Part shown: in pieces, positions 61,108-62,631 of the stretch
Position numbering within the stretch: position 1 is the stretch's first letter
Layout of the letters: every line of letters starts with the position of its first letter
Assembly (NCBI GenBank): GCA_007120465.1
Contig: SKNO01000149.1
Location: 1 to 62,631 of the forward strand
Direction of reading: 5' to 3'
From: Nitriliruptoraceae bacterium
GTDB taxonomy: Bacteria; Actinomycetota; Nitriliruptoria; Nitriliruptorales; Nitriliruptoraceae
Length of the DNA stretch: 62,631 bases
Notes under the pieces: generated by a model
What the model was told of the DNA's origin: nothing
Databases searched by the model: none
Seen by the model: only the letters and a program-made list of their open reading frames with translations
Translations under genes and position numbers: made by a program

Positions 61108-61995
61108 CTACCGGAGCGCGTCCTGGATCGCCGTCACCGCCTGGCGGAGCCGGGTCTCGCCCTCCTGGTCCAGCGGCAGCCGTGGCGGTCGGGTCGGGCC
61201 CCCGCCGGACCCGCCGACCAGGTCGATCGAGCGCTTGATCGCCTGGACGAACCGTGGCCCCGAGTCCCAGCGCAGCGCCGGCAGCATCGTGCGGTACAGG
61301 TCGAGGACCTCGTCCCGCCTGCCGGCGCGGCCGGCCTCGAAGAGCCGGACGGTGGCGGCGGGGAAGGTCCCGGTGAACCCGCCGATCCAGCCGGTCGCAC
61401 CCATCAGCGCGGACTCCAGAGCGAGGTCGTCGGCGCCGCAGATCACCTCGAGCTCGGGGGCCAGCTCGATGATCTCGGAGACGCGGCGGACGTCGCCCGA
61501 GAACTCCTTGACGCCGACCACGCCGTCGATCCGTGCCAGACGGGCCAGGAGGTCGGGGGTGAGGTCGGTACGGGTCGAGAAGGGGTTGTTGTACACGATC
61601 ACCGGGAGGCCGACCTCGGTGATCGCCGCGTAGTGGGCCACGAGCTCGTCCCGGGTCGATGGGTGGTTGGTGGGTGGGAGCACCATCGCGCCGTCCACCC
61701 CGTCGGCCCGCGCCTGCTCGGCCAGTTCGCAGATCGCCCGGGACGACGGTCCCGACAGGCCGGACACCACCAGCCCGCGGCCGGCGGCCACATCGACGGC
61801 CACCTGCCACACGGCGCGGCGCTCCTCGGGGTGCAGCGACTCGTACTCACCGAGCGAGCCGTTGGGGAACAGCCCGGTGATGCCCTCGTCCAGCAGCCAC
61901 GTGCAGTGGGCGCGGAAGCGGTCGAGGTCGACCTCGAGGGTGTCGGGGTCGAAGGGGGTGGTGGTGGCGACGTGGACGCCGTCGAACCGACGCAT
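61108..61995 (-). CDS. Dihydrodipicolinate-synthase-family lyase (1-pyrroline-4-hydroxy-2-carboxylate deaminase-like)
   Basis: 295 aa. ATTTPF, NGSLGEYESL and Schiff-base Lys context VVGVKEFSGD. Context next to the hydroxyproline epimerase and dehydrogenase genes. Confidence 0.85.
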   Translation of the reverse strand: MRRFDGVHVATTTPFDPDTLEVDLDRFRAHCTWLLDEGITGLFPNGSLGEYESLHPEERRAVWQVAVDVAAGRGLVVSGLSGPSSRAICELAEQARADGVDGAMVLPPTNHPSTRDELVAHYAAITEVGLPVIVYNNPFSTRTDLTPDLLARLARIDGVVGVKEFSGDVRRVSEIIELAPELEVICGADDLALESALMGATGWIGGFTGTFPAATVRLFEAGRAGRRDEVLDLYRTMLPALRWDSGPRFVQAIKRSIDLVGGSGGGPTRPPRLPLDQEGETRLRQAVTAIQDALR

Positions 61996-62180
61996 GGGCG
62001 ACCTCCTGGCTCCCCGTCACCCTACGCGCCGCCCGGCCGGACGTGGTTGCGACGATCGACCGAACCCTCGGTCGTCCGCTTCGACGCGTGATGCAGGATG
62101 GCGGGGGCGGGCCCACGGCGCTGGGTAGGGTGCGGCGCGCTGGCGACCGCGGCCCCACCACGCGACGGAGGAGCGCCCGT

Positions 62181-62631
62181 ATGTCCGCTCGCTCGACGAT
62201 CCGGTTGGAGCGCGACGGTCCCGTCGCGACGCTCACGCTGGACCGGCCCGCGGTGCTGAACGCGTTGTCGGTGGAGCTCCTCGGTGCGCTCGTCGACGCG
62301 TGCGAGGAGTTGCGCGGCGACGAGGCCCTCCGGGTCGTGGTCCTGCGCGGGGCCGGTCGGGCCTTCTCGGCGGGCGCGGACCTCTCCATGGTCGAGGTAC
62401 TCACCGAGGACGGGCCGGCGGCGCGGGCCGCAGCGGCGGCCGGGGACCGGGCGGCCTCGGCCCTCGAGGCGCTGCCCCAGGTCACGATCGCGGCCATCCA
62501 CGGCCGCTGCGTCGGCGGCGGGGTCGTGCTGTCCGCGGCCTGCGACCTGCGCATCGCCGCCGCCGACGCCGTGTTCTCGATCCCGGAGGTCGACCTCGGC
62601 ATCCCGCTCGCGTGGGGTGGCCTGCCGCGCC
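62181..62631 (+). CDS. Enoyl-CoA hydratase/isomerase (crotonase) family protein, 3' end outside window
   Basis: My own translation from ATG 62181 gives MSARSTIRLERDGPVATLTLDRPAVLNAL...LRGAGRAFSAGADL...AAIHGRCVGGG, open to the window end. It is not in the ORF track because no stop is reached. Confidence 0.85.
   Translation, partial: MSARSTIRLERDGPVATLTLDRPAVLNALSVELLGALVDACEELRGDEALRVVVLRGAGRAFSAGADLSMVEVLTEDGPAARAAAAAGDRAASALEALPQVTIAAIHGRCVGGGVVLSAACDLRIAAADAVFSIPEVDLGIPLAWGGLPR

Overview
High-G+C (Actinomycetota-type) chromosomal window, densely coded, with many 4-nt ATGA/GTGA start-stop overlaps. No rRNA, tRNA, CRISPR array, transposase or integrase was recognised.

Layout:
- 1-15.9 kb: housekeeping core in the classic actinobacterial order prmC-tsaC-glyA-wecA-atpZ/I-atpBEFHAGDC-murA. 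It is followed by a SpoIID-domain envelope protein translationally coupled to a CPBP intramembrane protease.
- 16-38.8 kb: a large amine, polyamine and guanidino-compound catabolic supercluster. It holds a PucR regulator, three FAD oxidases, two class-III aminotransferases, four aldehyde dehydrogenases, PotABCD, an agmatinase-family ureohydrolase and two closely related alanine dehydrogenase paralogs.
- 38.9-43.5 kb: a membrane-anchored trypsin-like protease converging on an SNF2-family helicase that is coupled to a small Arg/Gly-rich protein.
- 44-47.8 kb: fused isobutyryl-CoA mutase (IcmF) plus a MarR regulator.
- 48-51.4 kb: a compact sulfur module (excisionase-HTH/PocR-like regulator, SQR-like flavoprotein, DUF1641, TusE/DsrC, DsrE-like).
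- 51.4-53.1 kb: a visibly lower-G+C islet with a truncated GNAT gene, about 530 nt of hairpin-rich non-coding DNA and a VapBC toxin-antitoxin pair.
- 53.1-62 kb: a hydroxyproline catabolic cluster (two proline-racemase-family paralogs, three-subunit D-hydroxyproline dehydrogenase, DapA-family deaminase, a second PucR regulator, an SDR, a methyltransferase).
- 62.2 kb to the end: a partial enoyl-CoA hydratase gene.

Best candidates for something not yet described:
- the PocR-regulated SQR-DUF1641-TusE-DsrE module;
- the degraded islet with its structured non-coding segment;
- the SpoIID/CPBP pairing, where the SpoIID protein ends in a sorting-signal-like tail;
- the methyltransferase coupled to a proline-racemase paralog.

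All functional calls rest on motif and family recognition by eye. No database search or computation was run.
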